Source of the DNA: a virus
Length of the DNA: 64,000 nucleotides
IMG/VR virus record: IMGVR_UViG_3300024349_000035
Reading direction: 5' to 3' (one strand)
A program made the translations under genes and the position numbers. How positions within the stretch are numbered: position 1 is the stretch's first letter; every line of letters starts with the position of its first letter. Under the pieces are notes generated by a model. The model did not search any database and was not told the DNA's origin. It saw only the letters and a program-made list of their open reading frames with translations. Below, one piece after another: positions 63,701 to 64,000 of this stretch.

Positions 63701-64000
63701 GGCTACGCGCAGGTGTCCGGCGCAATGCAGAGCCGTAGGTTGTCGATGAACGCCGCCGCTGGTGGGGTGTTCATGACCGGATCAGGCAGATACAGTGTGG
63801 GTCAGCTTGCGGGCATGAGCGAACTGGATGTGCAGCGCGAGAGCCGTTCGCTTGAGATTGAGGGGCGCGAGTACGACTTTGCGCTCCAGAACACGCAGAT
63901 GCGGCGGCGGCGGGCGCAGATGACCGGATCAGGACTGAGCGAGTTCGGCCTGACCGAAGGGCATGGCGACTACTGGTTTGAGGATGTGAACGTTTCGCTG
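54689..64000 (+). CDS. giant tape-measure-position protein (>3104 aa, truncated) with N-terminal two-barrel RNA polymerase and PD-(D/E)XK nuclease domains
   Basis: Open frame from ATG 54689 to the window end (translated and spot-checked by hand); EGQG (E380), K487-SAGT-K492, R903-N-P, GG-D951-V-D953-A-D955, KSNMGMAYN, YQPALD; G-x-x-V-H, D1539, D1552-I-K1554, Q1572-xxx-Y1576; Gly-rich linker near 59910-60010, then Ala/Gly/Gln-rich helical TMP-like sequence. Confidence 0.85.
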   Translation, partial: MALYNALTSRIDEVNRRLNDQFQSGTITDQMFRRYQLGSGADPDDVLRSLSAVGSMERSPQRWRRESELIGQRNEATQNFYQQVLSPIADQYNASGQGTLRFDQVDTFGSMAYRATMYKPGGEVAWSADVSALAPFGRDRQDPNNVGRMVIGNRVVDVDVPMGGFENPANKTTQYGLAQSLLTSFNSPYKSSAVRIDGRDKDFQGNYLNPFDTASDSPFYSRISQSNRVSPNVFLTPKYRGSTIDLNAYVGQTGGELNPLLVSLQKQGYTHLAGYDDYLGSDYTLRQGTHTISNQSFLDIPGWYQGEDGKLYTGIGNDPLKAMSKSGQLGGTRESANYGPQAGTFAEWQEGNVRTAGSNVLTGGYKERTFIALTGMGIGEGQGLVNTNRAGTIWERRQQRVEVGLDANGNLMLDRDTQSLMTQLQGGQQVSAGRSVWDISGKRVNFAGSWGDATLMGVQTDIRETDKGKRGYLVFDVMRSGAEMSTKSAGTKSFDVREDFGAFGDGWDRFDRIITKPKNLNTFAARVFDAMSDDQFRSVMAEHSRKFGNPQNVDLSQGAVENGVYIPARHGSQATPYLMDVFRKTIVPSALEMRTMHRNFDEAFFDNVMGVDNPWVKELGRANGQVSVEMTVPGLNLEMLVNKSPELSRGGGRMNFEDITNRLWLADKSGDTVARDVLGSLFNGGQAARIDVAKSAMLSDKTAQQYMETPTNTFALSGITQQQRERYRDVVRSIGTDASEPNVMAQQLAALQEIVGDNLIDTGTGTFLPSPDVMGKFSVASANRQQSNYVRQYASVMHEAMMSDEALPVEAFDKVYRAQAKLAKQSGFRKNILSNRNQAVFGNVYTSDQLLAPNQMVMRESEIVTRLHKLAQNEGVDATKDEIKAMLAEMRAGGEGLSAYVERNPVSEGHTQRALTLQILNEQEYKAMGGTKRVGRSPIVSDYFAYASGGDVDADRLMGIFAASISRDQSGKLTAQWGDVTSNDRMKTIAAGSVAGELMKHIAEQRGDDVLAGMKPADIQRIIQNKDVGALADLLIAPDGMLNSRKKAEGIDMQDLAGASRRLQTAKSNMGMAYNLGRMLTPNAMANEESYTAASKFMGALYQPALDKEFVKGTDDTMSSRARDLMKLMKTNLVTGSFFTGYDTKPESWPGMKSGSYRAANRSAAENIPEFASRTVKSLLSATEMAGDPDSIAALLTPSYASDDTKTSIRESVELGLSYAGDKNLDADAIDAGVTQAADAIIAAIGGDAGSIQAAENRIGADKINAVTSDSRRAGYVAALSDAPILETIMSAAGLHTQRADKNRAFIGKGRPDNIVNSIIGALGQEGSIRESIVRAVSRGAKMDTVADLTRTLMQMRAGFAQQKGGAAAAQYVDSLLGQLGMNLNDDGLVAQAASESLNSYRASRTARSKQSREQYEARIASQQQRLSGMNLGAGIDVLGAIHGASNINFGNVSFSPSSIGKPESLFLTGLTGSGLMDIPVKGGGGSGSGVEFGSKVHGIAERAFGQDAELEQRYGKRIRHEFGVQGELGGVKWAGRADMLADQNGKRVLYDIKSHGAGGINPDLMEHYQAQMELYGHLMTNAGEQVDEMAIIPVDREKYQEKYDELIQGSGLSEEEMQNIALREASGAPIPVPFTPGQVSPQLQGMLDQVKGISDLIGADAGRVRLNNNAKATPADRKAALANVHQVLAKVGASLPDGGSAMGLPKAELAQGLASPAVRQRLGISPDSHPELGDLLANAGNGGAGSGGGGVASTGSVDPSSGGGGSGGGGNNNNLVLALQDMVQQLFDRPAAPIRETALSDTKRTIGTLRPQSGFKTLDAELAHYKAQADKGTLTKPMIQRIKAIDQAMRKGISLEDSAGKWKSQNDPIGQQVLGALSGNEGMSAARAHLLDMDAQGTSDFSKPGLLDMAVEQEQSQRLTAGEKALARESQRDIDAETKRLERLEVMQAPYMARTDRDTMLQDLQSRVMETDEGTALTSHEQRLMKVLQAANAREDAGVKKLAGDKKRIGTRAAEADYIQMSAAERRSFRSAVLSDPNARDTFDEGFVNKLSSERERIISGPQRAGFDTRELDELSGQVNALGGVLKNLGKISEDASKGVEKLTDQQVKYIGMSAKLYDTINKSLTDHQKIADEAEPNDPRAALSRAVIESAEKAGVWSQGEASGRLKTLRTGLSKSNLYSRAVQQQLDDMLEEAAPQELSTTDKFSAFLSRGKAGQKARDMLRDTGQLGAEGSLQRAAWEGLAPIAAAPYHLLHARYELQGLQNMVIGPMQQAQQAYLANQQQAFMQNVQYNGFAAFQSPSYMNAFGSAIAMQNQQYYMGEQANAVLGGFQRGIAGVMGNRNVAGATTAGQMIIGAAAAGGIATGWNPFAIAAGGIVGAGAFAAGQAFDVASNADRRLNAIADPGSDITGAFGNVFNRYIVNRIGAIWDRGGYDQREGQFQLDDKRASILKGALDTGIKATIDGVGFAEGSVQSAYKSKMRERMQNGDLNFMSMDMINALSGRAEAIVGTDWAAPGVNKEGEYQDILGILGRGAISGVKTDEMALQAMEIAGGSAANIRSAGYRSALKGIDSLIADKENGGYYARALPGIMQQIGNITEVQRAMGFKTTYGNNAQGVIDNSKKIADAMKGIDDLYESGRISAEERDAQKRKIQESLDADSLWANLAPTSSLFSQSNQGGASRIYNFLTSQTGAAFQNVKSWMGVGGGIVNAYETRGSAAEGDYLGGAVMAGLPTTANQNAVGGIANYLMQTGLADRMMNRNDAAGISRMSRQIYGLDQNNINYEGFAGSLAAIQRFNANDPTQMGNARVQSIEGLSAMLTARDGRGSSMYSIADINAFITSMGYAGQAANAAGMGGIRLTTGEVNQFRGLRAENAAGIIGSYQAAAGQAQTGLGFMGGLASRINAVYGANTDEGLRLGAQLSNQRDQVYQQFAAGARYGVADAGARSAFERIGAITDANQFGMYSAAAGGDMRAISQLAAQGALPSWMQRVQLTGEYAGAEMGYAQVSGAMQSRRLSMNAAAGGVFMTGSGRYSVGQLAGMSELDVQRESRSLEIEGREYDFALQNTQMRRRRAQMTGSGLSEFGLTEGHGDYWFEDVNVSL

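Noticed and set aside
1-64000. Integrase, att sites, Ro60/TROVE, RtcB, protelomerase and lysis genes
   Set aside because: No recognisable motifs in this window; they may lie in the unseen part of the genome.

Overview
Internal 64 kb segment of a large tailed dsDNA phage with long-tail (siphovirus-type) gene order. It is probably temperate and maintained as a plasmid-like prophage: there is a ParM/ParR-like partition pair with a parC-like repeat and a RelE-like toxin, and no integrase in the window. A Chloroflexota-like host is inferred only from the style of the cargo genes. Layout: 1-2.5 kb small leftward genes plus a promoter-driven array of aberrant tRNA-like RNAs, including a circularly permuted YrlA/Y-RNA-like element; 2.6-9.4 kb an AT-richer cargo block (Flp-pilin-like, TolB/PD40 beta-propellers, M23-like, CBM3); 9.5-31.8 kb leftward nucleotide metabolism, partition, recombination and replication genes (dcd, ParM, RecA, ThyX, Sak/Rad52, DnaB, initiator, primase, giant MTase-SNF2 helicase, SSB); 31.9-42.1 kb leftward small orphan genes; 42.2-64 kb rightward virion module (TerL with mini-intein, portal, scaffold, major capsid gene split by a group I intron carrying an antisense LAGLIDADG gene, HNH, tail tube, frameshifting tail chaperones). 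The module ends in a >3100-codon tape-measure-position ORF that the ORF track missed because it runs off the window. Its N-terminal half carries two-barrel RNA polymerase motifs followed by a RecB/Cas4-like PD-(D/E)XK nuclease. A 13-bp quasi-palindrome CTTCC-ACA-GGAAG recurs 16 times exactly across the phage genes. All calls come from manual motif reading; no database searches were run.
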